A stretch of 63,962 nt of DNA, the filler included, from Dicyema japonicum (taxonomy: Eukaryota; Animalia; Dicyemida): the NCBI GenBank assembly GCA_011109175.1. It is 5 parts of 5 records of this genome, joined end to end, with 100 filler letters (N's around TTAATTAATTAA, not from the genome) between each part and the next. Parts side by side here need not be neighbours in the genome. Positions count along the whole stretch, not along the records: positions 1 to 20,459 come from RDEW01000184.1; positions 20,560 to 28,425 come from RDEW01000004.1; 3 more parts are not named here. One strand, given 5' to 3'. Under the pieces are notes generated by a model. It was given only the letters and a program-made list of their open reading frames with translations. It was not told the origin of the DNA and searched no databases. Of this stretch, positions 11,870-24,199 are shown piece by piece; position 1 is the stretch's first letter, and each line of letters starts with the position of its first letter. The position numbers and the translations under genes were made by a program.

Positions 11870-13087
11870 ATTATTATTATTATTAATAAGCACACCGCAA
11901 AACAACGTTAGTAATGAATCGCTTCCAGTTCCCTCTGTTCCTCGATAGGTCCCTAGGTGCTCAAGATCATCTGTCGACGTCAACCCTTTCCCAATCGAAG
12001 TTAGCTCTTGATGTAGAAGGGTTGGTAGAGTAATTCGTAATATTCCTTGGAACGTCGATCCCGGATGAGGAGCATAGTGGTGTTCCATTGCGAGATTAGC
12101 GGGAATATTCCTGTCCATTCTTAGGATGTGACCAAATATGCCCCATCTGTTACTTCTTATTTCTCCGTCCAATGGGTGGATATTGTAATGGGAATAGAGG
12201 TGTTTGTTTGAGATGTGCTTTCGCATTTTAGAGGTCATACAAAGCTGAATAGTTATTTCTGTGGACAGGATCGTTTCTTAAGAGTTCGACTGCGTATCTA
12301 ACTTCTCTGTGCCTGTTTTTGACTCTGTTAATCCAAAGTATTCTCTTTAGGAGAAGTTTAATTACCAATAGTTTATGGTCAGCATTTTTCCATATGTTCG
12401 GGCTTCTGAGAGTAGGGCTTTCTGTGATTGTCAACACAGAATGTAGTCAATTTGGTTATATATTTTGGTTACATGTCCATCTGAGTCTCGGCGTTCTCCA
12501 ATCCAGGTCGTGATATATCTTGCAGTGTGCTGGAATGCTGTGTTGCAAATGAATAATTATTCATTAATCGTGAAGTTGGCCATAGTTGCTCCAAACATGT
12601 TAATCCGATTTCTCACATGGGAACCCATGAAGCTCAGTTCTCGGGCCCCTTTTTCGACCTTCCCTTTCCAATCTCCACTTATGTAAAGTAGATAGCTCGT
12701 GGATATTTCCATAAGGGTTGTGGACAGTGAACTTTAAAAGTCATCCAGTTCCGTTAAGTTTTTAGAGACTTTTGAAGATGTAGGTCCATATACATTTATA
12801 ATTGTAGAGTTAGATCCAGTTTCCAATTAAATTACGCAAATTCTGTCATTCACTTTCCATATTCTATGTATATATTCCCGGAGTCTGATATAAACCGCAA
12901 AGCTCATTCCGTAGTGGTGACAGTCCGATAGAAGCAAGATAAGGTCGTGGTAAACATTTTGTTCATTAAGTCCTTCTTTGACTTTGGTCTTTTGTAGGCA
13001 GCAGATAGTAATGTTGTATCGTTTCAGATCCTGGCAAAGTGACCTTTTTTTGACCGACGACTTTAGTCCTCGAACGTTGAAGGATAC
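11870..13087 (-). mobile_element. RTE-type LINE deletion derivative (endonuclease joined to 3' end, RT missing) with (TAA)n tail
   Basis: EN motifs SFNVRGL, IINVYGPT, LFICNTAFQHTARYITTWIG, QIDYILC lead directly into FGHILRMDRNIPANLAM...RITLPTLL and an aataataataat tail near 11870-11885. Confidence 0.8.
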
Positions 13088-14149
13088 NNNNNNNNNNNNN
13101 NNNNNNNNNNNNNNNNNNNNNNNNNNNNNNNNNNNNNNNNNNNNNNNNNNNNNNNNNNNNNNNNNNNNNNNNNNNNNNNNNNNNNNNNNNNNNNNNNNNN
13201 NNNNNNNNNNNNNNNNNNNNNNNNNNNNNNNNNNNNNNNNNNNNNNNNNNNNNNNNNNNNNNNNNNNNNNNNNNNNNNNNNNNNNNNNNNNNNNNNNNNN
13301 NNNNNNNNNNNNNNNNNNNNNNNNNNNNNNNNNNNNNNNNNNNNNNNNNNNNNNNNNNNNNNNNNNNNNNNNNNNNNNNNNNNNNNNNNNNNNNNNNNNN
13401 NNNNNNNNNNNNNNNNNNNNNNNNNNNNNNNNNNNNNNNNNNNNNNNNNNNNNNNNNNNNNNNNNNNNNNNNNNNNNNNNNNNNNNNNNNNNNNNNNNNN
13501 NNNNNNNNNNNNNNNNNNNNNNNNNNNNNNNNNNNNNNNNNNNNNNNNNNNNNNNNNNNNNNNNNNNNNNNNNNNNNNNNNNNNNNNNNNNNNNNNNNNN
13601 NNNNNNNNNNNNNNNNNNNNNNNNNNNNNNNNNNNNNNNNNNNNTTTTTTATATTTGTTGGTGGAAATGACTATATAATTATTGATTGCGGCGTTAATAG
13701 CAATTACAACCTCCTTTCTTAGAAGTTGGTACTGTATCTTCTGCGTAAGTTACGACTATCGCGAGGGATTAACATGACTTGAAGAATATGGTAGTAAAAC
13801 TAATATATAGCATTTATTTAATATGATATTCCGATTTTTGAATATATTTCCAAGTTCCCGATCCATTTGAGCAATATAACATTTTGGTTTAGATTTTACC
13901 AAACTCTTCAGATTTGCTATGAGTTTAACTTAGGATATTGATCATTGAAGGCGTTCGCTATTAGAGTTGAGAAATTGGATTAGGAAGTCTGGCACCAATT
14001 TTTTGTACTCCGAACGGCCATTGGAACACTTCGCCTGCGTGATCATTGTTTTGTCAATCCGGCTAATTAGCATGCAGGTCCGTAGGTAATGTCCCACTCT
14101 GATTAGTTGAAACAAACAAATTATTACCACAAGAAATATCTATATTAAT

Positions 14150-14450
14150 AATAAAATAAATAGTGACTTAAAATACTGTTTTTCCATACTAAATTATACT
14201 TTTAGATCATAATTTGGGATTTATCGAGGGATGTTCATTCTGTTAGATTAAAAAACTAGTATTAGAGCTATGATGCTAAAAATCAATAATTTAAAATAAA
14301 GTATAAATAATATTTCCGAAATAAACGAGATCGGGAAGAAATCAGATATTTCTGCCTCAGGCAAATTCAAAACAAGTGACTTTGAAATTTCCAATATACC
14401 GAGGTAGTTATATGCTTCGTATTCATTCAGCACTCTTACTTAATCACCAC
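14150..14450 (-). mobile_element. R4/Dong-like RT fragment
   Basis: YEAYNYLGILEISKSLVL resembles DGYRNLGVLENKDSKVL at 35152 and the equivalent region near 58580. Confidence 0.45.
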
Positions 14451-14509
14451 ATAATATAAAACCATTTAGCAGTTATTTGGTGATGGTTTTGAATAAGTTA
14501 TATTACCGT

Positions 14510-14720
14510 TCTCAAGGGCTTGTCGAGTGACGCCGTCATCAGTGGAGATTCACTGCGGAACCGGATAGTTTAAAAGGACAGACACCCAAGAAAAAGAAAA
14601 CAAAAAAGTGAAGAGAATTCCTTAGTTCTCCCTCTACGATTAATTATAATAACTGTTCTTTGCTTAAAATAAAGTGTGTGTTCTGCCTATGGGGAGCTAT
14701 AACTGATATGGCTCCTCGGG
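14510..14720 (+). mobile_element. SINE family A, 5'-truncated copy
   Basis: cgagtgacgccgtcatcagtgga...cactgcggaac...caagaaaaagaaa...aataaagtgtgtgt...ggagctataa...tatggctc is collinear with 38050-38245. Confidence 0.7.
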
Positions 14721-15049
14721 TAACTCTGTTCAGCAGATTTGCAACTACGGATTTGTTATATTTACATTCTTTGCCAAAAGAACTATTCAAGAGTAGGCTA
14801 TGCAAAAAACGAACCAAATGATCCAAATTTGTAATCTCAAGGATTTTAGTTTATTAACTTTAATATTTTTGGTATCAATATGTATGTCTTCTTTCTACAT
14901 GAACGCCCTCAAGTTATCCTTTGTCACAGTTTTAATTTACGTTTATAAAACATTTGGATGCTTGCATGTTCTAATAAGCGAAATACTTTAATCACTGTTA
15001 GGAAAATACACTTTGTAAATTATTATTAAAAAGTACTTCCGAGAAAACA

Positions 15050-15480
15050 TAAAATTAGTTAAGTTTTCCTTTCGCCGTATTCCAAACATCCTCTCCGTTA
15101 GCTTCGACTATAATCTTCTGTTGCGCACTAGTTCTCTTAGGTAGTCCAGGTCGTCCGCCATTTCCATTATAATATCAGATGCTATCCACACCCTTGTAAC
15201 GTCCTGATGGACTGCAAATCCGAGACCATAATGTCGGCAGGCCGACGGGAGAATAAAAAGGTAGAATTTTCCAAACAGTTCTGTACATTGTACGGTCGTT
15301 TTTGTCTCTTGTAGAGAGCAGACAGAGACTTCATATTTGGTTAGATCACAAATCAGTTGGTGTTTCTTATAAGGTTGATCAAGTCCTCTGCAATTGAAAG
15401 ATCCCAGAGTGAACGAAGAAGTCGGTAAGGAATACGAATAAGACATAGTGAATTAGAGGTGTCGTCACCACCTCAACCTA
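15050..15480 (-). mobile_element. RTE-type LINE 5' fragment (APE endonuclease N-terminus)
   Basis: ORF 15108-15446: TLGSFNCRGL...YEVSVCSLQETK...CRHYGLGFAV. Confidence 0.75.
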
Positions 15481-16423
15481 ACTGAATAGAACCAAAATGT
15501 AAGTAGTATTAAGATTTTATATGTAGACTAACACATTACTGCTACGTCAAACGACAAGCCAATAATAAAATACCTAATGGAACACCAGAAAAACTTAATC
15601 CAAATGACCAAGTCTTTCGAACATTTCGTAAAGCTGAATTCAGATTATATCTGGAAGCCTATCAAGATACGAGACGAAACCTTTCCCTTTGTGAAAATTA
15701 ATCAAGATTTCAAAACCCACGTCAAGAAGAAGCTTAGTATGAATACCGGAATCACTTAATTTCGACAATAACTATCATCCTCTTTTTTGTGGTACTGAAA
15801 TTAATTAATTATCTAACAAAAAATATAAAAGGTAATCTTATTGACGCTCAATTGGATATCTAAAATAATGTTTGAGTGGCAGTCTCACAAGAACAGAACT
15901 GATAATCTAGCAAAAAGATTTTTCAGTGATAATGGTTCAGGGATATGATGAGCTCTCTATTAGTTGCGTCGACAAGTCATAGACATTTACTAGTTGACCA
16001 TTAAAATAATTATTAGAGAAATAATAGTCATTAATATTTTTTGCTTTCTTGTAGCTGATTTGACCAATTTTCTTACAGCCCTCAGTTATGGGCAATCTTA
16101 CAGAGATTCTAGATTTTCCATGTTTAGGATGTAGCAGAGAAAGGAACTGACATTGGGTGCATTTCGTAATGATTCGGACCGGAAATGTGTTTCAATTTAA
16201 AAATCTTAATACTACTATATGTGTCTCAATTTGGAGAACAGCCACCCTCGATTGAAATGAATATTTATTAGTTATCGACTGTTCATTAAATTAATTAACC
16301 TTTCCAGTAATTGCTAATGTGAAGTAATTTTCTATAGCGTAGATAGCGGTGTAGATAATTGCTAAAACATTTAAATATAATGACAAATAAATTATTATAA
16401 ATTGAAACAGGTAATGAATTTTA

Positions 16424-18055
16424 ATGTCGGAAGAACAAATTCCAAATAAAGGTATTTTAATCTAAATAAATATAGAAAAACGGTCACTCTACAAAAGAAT
16501 AACAACCTTTGATGGTGTTTCCATAAATGGGAGAATAATCATTGGACTTCATATATTCACTAGTTGGGCCATTTTGTACATGCAGAGGACTAACTTTAAT
16601 GTTATTGTTGCACAAGTTGTGAGCATCAATGGTCCTGTCGAGGGGGTTTAGACTATTTGTGAATTTAGAAATATACATGGACCCAATTAGAGAAATCTAC
16701 AGCACTAATGTCCTTTTATTCAGGATATTTCTTGATCCAAGTACCAGGGGGAGCATTGGGAGAACGATATGGACTAAAAATATTTTTAATGCTATCACTC
16801 TTTTTTGCTTCACTATTTACGATTCTCACCCCTCTTGCTATTAGACATTCTGGATGGGGTGCTGTGGGGGTAAGAATATTACTAGGATTTGTTCAGGTAT
16901 ACAATTTAATATTTTGTTAGGGAGTTTATCCCCCTTGCTTTCTCGTCATCATGGCTAATTGGTACCCAGAAAATTGTCGATCCACGGCAATCGGCTTGGC
17001 TTTTCCGGGTTTATAAACTTCTTGATGATCAAAGGATCTTATATTGGGACTATGTTAGCAATGAGTATTCCTTCGATAATAGCTCAACGACAAAGTGATT
17101 GGCCAATATCATTTTACATCTTTGGTCAATAAACTATAAAACTAATTTTTAGGTGGTCTTGGAATGTTGTGGGTAATTTCATTCTATATTTTCTATACTG
17201 ATGACCCTAAGAAAAATAGATGGACTAAGGAAGACGAGAAGAAGTTTATTAGCGAAAATATTCACAGAAAACAATTTTCAAATATACGAGTTAGGTAATT
17301 TAGTTTAACTCAGAAATTCCCCATCAAGAAAGCATTAACCTCCGCCCCTTTTTTGAGCATAATAGTTTGCCACACAGTCTCTTCGTGGAGTTTAAATTTG
17401 GTGATAGTCCTGATGCCGTCTTTAATCGTTGATTTATATTACATTGAAGTCAAAAATGTATATTATTTCATTATATCCAGCAAAAATACATTACTTTTGT
17501 TTGTCCTATATTAATATGGATGGGGGCAATTGCTGCTTCTACAATATTCGATTATGTTCTGTCAAAGAATATTGTTAAAAAAATTACAATCCGAAAAGTA
17601 TTGCTTGGAGCCGGTAAAAAATCTTCCTTACACTAGCTTTGTTTCCTACTGGGCTTTTCTTTATGTTGTCGACTTTGATTCCCCCAGAAAAATATTATAT
17701 TGGAATTATTTTTCTGTTGCTCTCTTCGTTTTTCTGTGGTGCTGAGGTTTCTATAAGCATGCCGAACATTGGGGACATTGCTCCACAGTATTCTGGGATT
17801 CTCTTTGGCGTAGTGAATTCCATTTCTATTATTGTAGCGAATGCTAACATACAGGCAGCCTATGCGGTTGTAACAGATCAGGTGATACGTTTATATATGT
17901 TTTCACAGCATAGACCATCAGAATGGCAGATTGTGTTTGGAATTATGATTGTCGTTCAATTTATTGGATTTTTTATCTACGCAAAGTTTGCTAGTGGAAC
18001 AATTCAAGAATGGGCCATTCAGAAGGAGGACCCAACAGATATTGAACTAAGCTAA
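16424..18055 (+). CDS. SLC17-family MFS transporter, paralogue 2, 10 exons
   Basis: Same nine intron positions and phases as paralogue 1: 16452-16475, 16646-16668, 16897-16920, 17009-17034, 17125-17152, 17290-17313, 17458-17480, 17614-17636, 17882-17908. The spliced frame is open to TAA at 18055. Confidence 0.92.
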
Positions 18056-18519
18056 ATTGTACTAACATTTACACTTTACTACTCAATAGAATTTTATAAT
18101 GATTTTATTGTTTAATAATAAAAAAGAAACAGAGTATTTAACGTCTAATTAAGTTATTTACAATTCCCATTGTCCTAGTGTGACGCATTCTTTCAAGGAA
18201 TCACGTCCATCCATATCTGCTATTGTGGGGACGCCTAATATTGCAGGAGATAGACGGATCTCATGAAGCCTCTTAAGAATTGAAGATGTAAGTGTAATTT
18301 TTATTTCCATAATAATCATTTATTTTTCCACGCCCAATAATCACAAACACATTACCCCGCCTTAAAATTAATATTAAAAAATCTATAATTATTGTAATTA
18401 TCGAGTGTAACATTCTAATATTATACGTTTGAATCTTTTGTAGCAGGATTCCATTTAACTTGCCAATTAATTTATTTATTATCCCCTGATACACCAAGAA
18501 AGAAGTTAATGAAAACAAC

Positions 18520-18790
18520 TAATTATGTGTATCCAATTTCCACTTTTACAGAAAGAGTCCATCCGGAATCAACATAAAAAGTAAAAGTTTTCCATACTTG
18601 CAGTTGTGGAATTCCCTCCAGTGGAGTGGGGGAGAGCAAATGATCCTTTTTCGTGCCAGCCAGGCACTAGGCGCCACCTAGACAGGTAAATCACATGACG
18701 CCACTCTAATAGGAAGGGAGAGGAGGACCAAACAGACAAACAGAAAACTCCAACCAATTAGCCACGCGGCGACAACCTTGCCAAATAAGT
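18520..18790 (-). repeat. Dispersed repeat family B (unclassified, ~250-300 bp)
   Basis: The reverse complement aligns with 53035-53280 (cctattagagtggcgtcatgtgat...gtctaggt...ggcacgaaaaaggatcatttgctct...ccactccactgga). Confidence 0.7.
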
Positions 18791-19379
18791 CGATTCTAAT
18801 AACTTGCCAATTAAGTCTTTTCTGATATTTTTTAAGTTTATAATTGTTTAACACACTTTAAGAGTAAAAACTATTATACTAATATAAGTCATTTTCAATT
18901 TAATAAATTTTCACGATAGCAACAAGATCAATTGAGGGAGACACATTCACGTAAGTATTCTGATAGTAGTCATTCATCCCTATCCTTTTAGAAATGATAA
19001 GTACTTGCTTCTTATACCTCTAGTTGTCTCAACAACAATGGTGAAAAGTTTGAACAGGTCTATGATTCCTTCGTACTTTTTTAGACTTCTCAACCTTTTT
19101 TGGGAGGAAAAAAATTACTAAAAACCTGATAATATTTGTAGGATATGGGGACTTGATAAATGTCACTCCCAGATCGAAAAAATTAATTCCGCTGGGCCGT
19201 TTTTCATATTCACTGTCTAGTTTGGCTGACTTCAGCATAATACATTTAGGACGAAGCGTAGGGCGAATATTCGAAAACTTCAAAATGAAAAAACGTCACA
19301 TCACAGAGATGGTCAGCATACTTCTAACATTTTAATATTTTGGCTTTCTCAGCGGTTGAATAGGTAGTAGAACTCTTTA

Positions 19380-20459
19380 TAGTTTTCACGTATTCTGATG
19401 TATGATCGATCTTTAGATTCCTTGAAATCTTTCATAAAATGGATTAAGTTTGTTTATTGAATATCTTATACGCTGGGGTCTGGGCTTGCTACTGCTCAGC
19501 GCTTTAAGGTACTCCCATGAAACATTATATTTTCTTAGTGAATATTTATTTATTAGTCGCTTTAGGATTTTCAGATTAAAGAGAAATGTTATAAACTCTT
19601 CTCATTGGGGTGACTTTTGACATATGTCATTCTTGAAAACGTAATTACGAAATGCGAAAAAAACTAATATTCTGAAATGCTCACAGGCTTCTGTAAGATC
19701 AAATAGCATACTGTTTTGAGCTCGATGTATAAACAATTCATTGAACCATGCATCTCTTATGCATGTGGTATATGGGACCCACTCATCTCTGGACGAATGT
19801 TTTGAAGATTTCAAAATCACGGAACGCTGGATTCCTGGAGAGTTCCAACCACCAATGCCTTGAAGCATTGATACGAATGAACCATGGAACGAGTCGTCGT
19901 GACTGCGAAGGTCCAGTCACTCGATCAATACGTGCTTGTGTGGGGTTGAGGGAAAAGCATCGGGCAATATGAGGTCTCTGCTAAAGCGTGCTGTGATCAC
20001 GTGATTAATTAGTTTGTGTAACCGTTGTCTCTGGTGTCATTATTATTGACTTGCTAAGGGTTTTTTTCTTATTCAAAGCGGAACCATATTTTTCAGAGCC
20101 AAATTCAATTCGTGGATTTTGCAAGAAATGGAAGAAGATGCTATGAATTGTGGAAATATATTTCATGGAGAATATGTTTGGAGACATAGTAATAAATTGT
20201 AAAATATCTTCACTTCCACTTTTGACGCGAATTTGGAACGCACTCTGTACAATCAGTGGTTATGAGTGAATCTGTTAAATAAGAGTGGATTTTTATATCA
20301 AAACGGAAACGATGTTGGAAAGTAACAAACCTGATTTATTTATTTTGACAAGAACAGCAATATATTTCTCGTGGAAGTTGGACTGACTCGAGATAATCTA
20401 CTGCAAGTTGAGTTAAAAAATTGATCAAATAAGACCTTCTTTCTAAAGAATTGTGGATG
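19380..20459 (+). mobile_element. R4/Dong-like retrotransposon 3' pieces (3' UTR and RLE remnants)
   Basis: atacgtgcttgtgtggg near 19930 is shared with 59346-59362. Remnant ESNKPDL and IFLVEVG RLE motifs at 20310-20400. Confidence 0.55.
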
Positions 20460-20559
20460 NNNNNNNNNNNNNNNNNNNNNNNNNNNNNNNNNNNNNNNNN
20501 NNNTTAATTAATTAANNNNNNNNNNNNNNNNNNNNNNNNNNNNNNNNNNNNNNNNNNNN
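20460..20559. other. Synthetic scaffold linker 44N-TTAATTAATTAA-44N (also near 28426-28525, 35045-35144, 40471-40570)
   Basis: An identical six-frame-stop 12-mer sits in the middle of 100-nt N blocks at 20504, 28470, 35089 and 40515. Confidence 0.95.
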
Positions 20560-20599
20560 TTAATTATTATTCACTACTTTATTATTTATCTAATTTTTA

Positions 20600-23330
20600 T
20601 TAAATTATATTTAATTGCAATTTATTGTAATCGGTTCCCCTAATAATAATAGAATATATCTACCCAAGGCTTTGCAATACACAAGGATTATATTCCCAGA
20701 GTACATCGTTACTGGAAAGTCAATGACAGAATCAGTGTCTTACAACTACGTACAAGATCAAGGAAAAATTCGAGGAGACTAATCTCAATTATCAATGTTT
20801 ACGTGAATGTATCCTAAAAAATCCGGAAGAACTCGACCTCTTCTACGAGGTATTGGGAAGGACATTAACAGACCTCAGTTCATCATACTTGTTGTTTATT
20901 GCCGAGAACTGGAATGCGAAAGTGGGGACTCGTAGAAAAAATGAAAGCTTCATTGGCCAGCACGGAAAGAAGTCAGAAACTATCGGGAACCATCTTGGCA
21001 GAATTTTTTCCAGTCATTTGATCTGTTCCTATGTAACACTGGTTTCCAACACCCCGCGCGTATTAAAACGACATGGATTGGGCAACGATTCTTATCTACC
21101 GAAGGCTCTACTCATATTTTCAACCAAATTGACTGCATCATCTGCCGAGTCAAAGAAAAATCACTCCTACGTGCCTCGAGGTCTTACGACAGTGATCAGA
21201 AGATAGTCTCTGCCAAGTTCACAACGAGGACATTAACTGACCTAAGACTAAGAGAGATAAACGTAGATGTAAGAAGAAGCTACAAATGGAACAACTGTGT
21301 TACTCTACATCAACCAGAGACAACTACCAAATATAAATTACAAGATTCCTCGGAAACATGGATTTCGAACTTCCTCCAGGAGGCACCTGGGCGGAGAAAA
21401 TGAAAGGGATCCTTTCGGAAGCAAATGGGAGTATCGAAAGCTGGTCTCCAGCACTGTTTAAAAAATGTGTACATCCGAATGTCCCCGCACTCACTAAAAA
21501 CAAAGGGAACTAAGATTACCATTAAAAAATACGTCTGATCCGTACAGGAAACAAATCTTGAAGTCTAGAAGAACATCCACTCAAAAAACCATAAAGATTT
21601 TGAATAAGAAACACGGCACTAACCTATTTGATCTAAGAGTTGCAAAAGTTGAACAGTTCAAAGACTCATCAAAAAATTTCACTGCAATCCGTTTGCTCAA
21701 CAGAAGAAGACAAACGAACAAACTTAAACTCCATGACTGAAATGGAAGATTTTTAACAAATCCCAAAGATCAGGTTGAATAGTCGAGGATATATTAACTG
21801 TCCGTGGAGAAATATTTGATCATACTTGTGGATCCACCATAAAACTATCACACATGGCGAAATCTCAAATCAATGGTCAAACTTAAAAATCCCCTGGACC
21901 GGATAGAATCAATTCAGAACTTCTCAATATAGAATCAAAGCCTGACTAACAGACAAACTAGCGGAACTACTCAACTATTTATAAAAAAAGAATACCCCGA
22001 TTTTGGGTTCGGATTATTAATACCAATACATAAACCTAACCAGGATGCTGGGCCTGTTGAAAACCTACGTCCAATAATCCTGCTAAACACCTTACGGAAA
22101 CTTCTGGCATTAGTTACGTTGAACCGAATCAGAGAAAAAGTGGACAAATATCTATCACCTAGTTACACTGGATTCAGGACATGAAGATCCACTGCTGATG
22201 TAGTATGGAGCCACAAGTAGCGCTGCGCTACCAACCAGAGATTTGAAAGTGCAACAACAGTCATGGGAATAGACTTTTCTAGGGCATTTGACACGGTCCG
22301 CCACGGTCTAGTTTCATAATATTGGAATACTTCTTGGACCCTGATTCTGTCAGTATGATCAGAGTGTTGCTATCTAACACGAAGCTCAGAGTGCGGGTCG
22401 GTAAGACGTCTTCCTGTGAATTTACGTGTAATATTGGTACTCCTCAGGGAGATTCCCTCTCACCCCTGCAATTTGTTATATATCTGGAGGCGAGATTACA
22501 AGATCTTCGAAAGTTCTATGAAGGCAACATCGTCGAAATTGCTTACGCGGAAGACGTCGACTTTGTGTCAGAATACAAATCGGCCCTACATCGACTGTTC
22601 GAGGTGTCACCTGCTGAGCTGAACCTATGGTTCCTTGGAATAAACACCGCAAAAACCGACATTGTGGAAATCAGGTGAATAGAAAGCAGATCAGGTGAAA
22701 TATGGCGAAAAACGAACAAACTTGACTCTTTACTTGGAGACAGTCAAGATATTGCCAGAAGGAAGACCCCCGCTTGGGTAACGATGAACAAGTTAAAGAA
22801 AGAGTGGATCGGCAAACTACGATTCTACACATCACTTCGTTTGAGACTGTATGAAGCCTTTGTCAAGCCGATCCAAATATACAATTCATTGACCTGGGAA
22901 ACGTCCAAAACCGAACAACTTAGACTAGACTCTTTCCATCGAAGACAACTTAGATCCCTACTAGGACTAAACTGGCCAGTGAGAATAAACAAGGAATCGC
23001 TATAGAAGAGATGTTGCACGGATCCACTGAGTCTCGAAATTGCTGATATGCGCTAGAAACTATTTGGACATATCCTACATATGGACTTGGGCGCTCCAGC
23101 CAACATAGCAATGGAGGATTACTTCACGAGACAGGGACCGTGTTTCCGTGGACGCCGGTGTATTACACTACCAGAAACACTTGACAGAGATATAAAGCTT
23201 GTAAACAAACGTCTAAGAAATGGGGACGAACTGGACGAGCACGGAAACTGTCCTATGATCGAGGAGGTTGGAAGAAGTTGATTCGGAGGATTGTCTGAAT
23301 GCGCACACGTGAAATTATAACTATTATGAT
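20600..23330 (+). mobile_element. RTE-type LINE, near full-length ORF (EN+RT), disrupted
   Basis: EN: FIAENWNAKVG. RT: KSPGPD, NLRPIILLNTLRKLL, IDFSRAFDTV, GTPQGDSLSP, AYAEDVDF. C-terminus: PANIAMEDYF...FRGRR. Multiple stops and frameshifts. Confidence 0.9.
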
Positions 23331-23683
23331 TTTAGACATTCACCACTATGACGCAAGGAAAATGCTTGTGAAAGAATTATTACGTAGTTCAGAACATTTT
23401 TGGATAATCACGTATAAATTTTTTGATNNNNNNNNNNNNNNNNNNNNNNNNNNNNNNNNNNNNNNNNNNNNNNNNNNNNNNNNNNNNNNNNNNNNNNNNN
23501 NNNNNNNNNNNNNNNNNNNNNNNNNNNNNNNNNNNNNNNNNNNNNNNNNNNNNNNNNNNNNNNNNNNNNNNNNNNNNNNNNNNNNNNNNNNNNNNNNNNN
23601 NNNNNNNNNNNNNNNNNNNNNNNNNNNNNNNNNNNNNNNNNNNNNNNNNNNNNNNNNNNNNNNNNNNNNNNNNNNNNNNNNNN

Positions 23684-24000
23684 TTTTTTTTGGTCAAAAT
23701 ATCGGAGACTGAACTAAATCCTCTTTCAACTAGATATGTTGAAGGAAATGCTATTATAAGTGTTTCGATTTCATTCCACAATTGAGGATTTTTTTTCTGA
23801 GTAATCAAGAATTGTTGATATCCATATTTGCTAAATATGACTTTAGCTTCAAAGCCACATTGTTGATATCCATATTTGCGAATCTGTTAATTTTTCAAAC
23901 TAATAAATATTATTACGAACCATAAACCCCAAATTTTTGTAGACTTGGAAAATGAATAAAAATCTTTTTTAATATTGTTTTCATAAAGCAATAATTTTTC
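23684..24000 (-). mobile_element. hAT transposase C-terminal dimerisation fragment
   Basis: PQLWNEIETLIIAFPSTYLVERGFSSVSDILTKK. Confidence 0.7.
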
Positions 24001-24199
24001 AATAAAAGGCATGATAATTCCTTTTACAATAAATATTTTTAAGTAGCGTGGCGTTATGTGGTCTACCAAGTCAAAAAATTCAAAAGATTTTGACAACGCT
24101 TTTAGGGCTTCTAATGCCCTCCCGAAAAAGACCATTAGCCCCCCCCCAGCGATTTGCTTCAAAAAAGTCCAAACATTTCTGAAGAAAACTTTCAGCCAA

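Noticed and set aside
20504-20515. Recurrent TTAATTAATTAA palindrome (also at 28470, 35089, 40515)
   Set aside because: It is always centred in a 44N+12+44N block, so it is a synthetic linker. Adjacency across these points is not evidence of real linkage.
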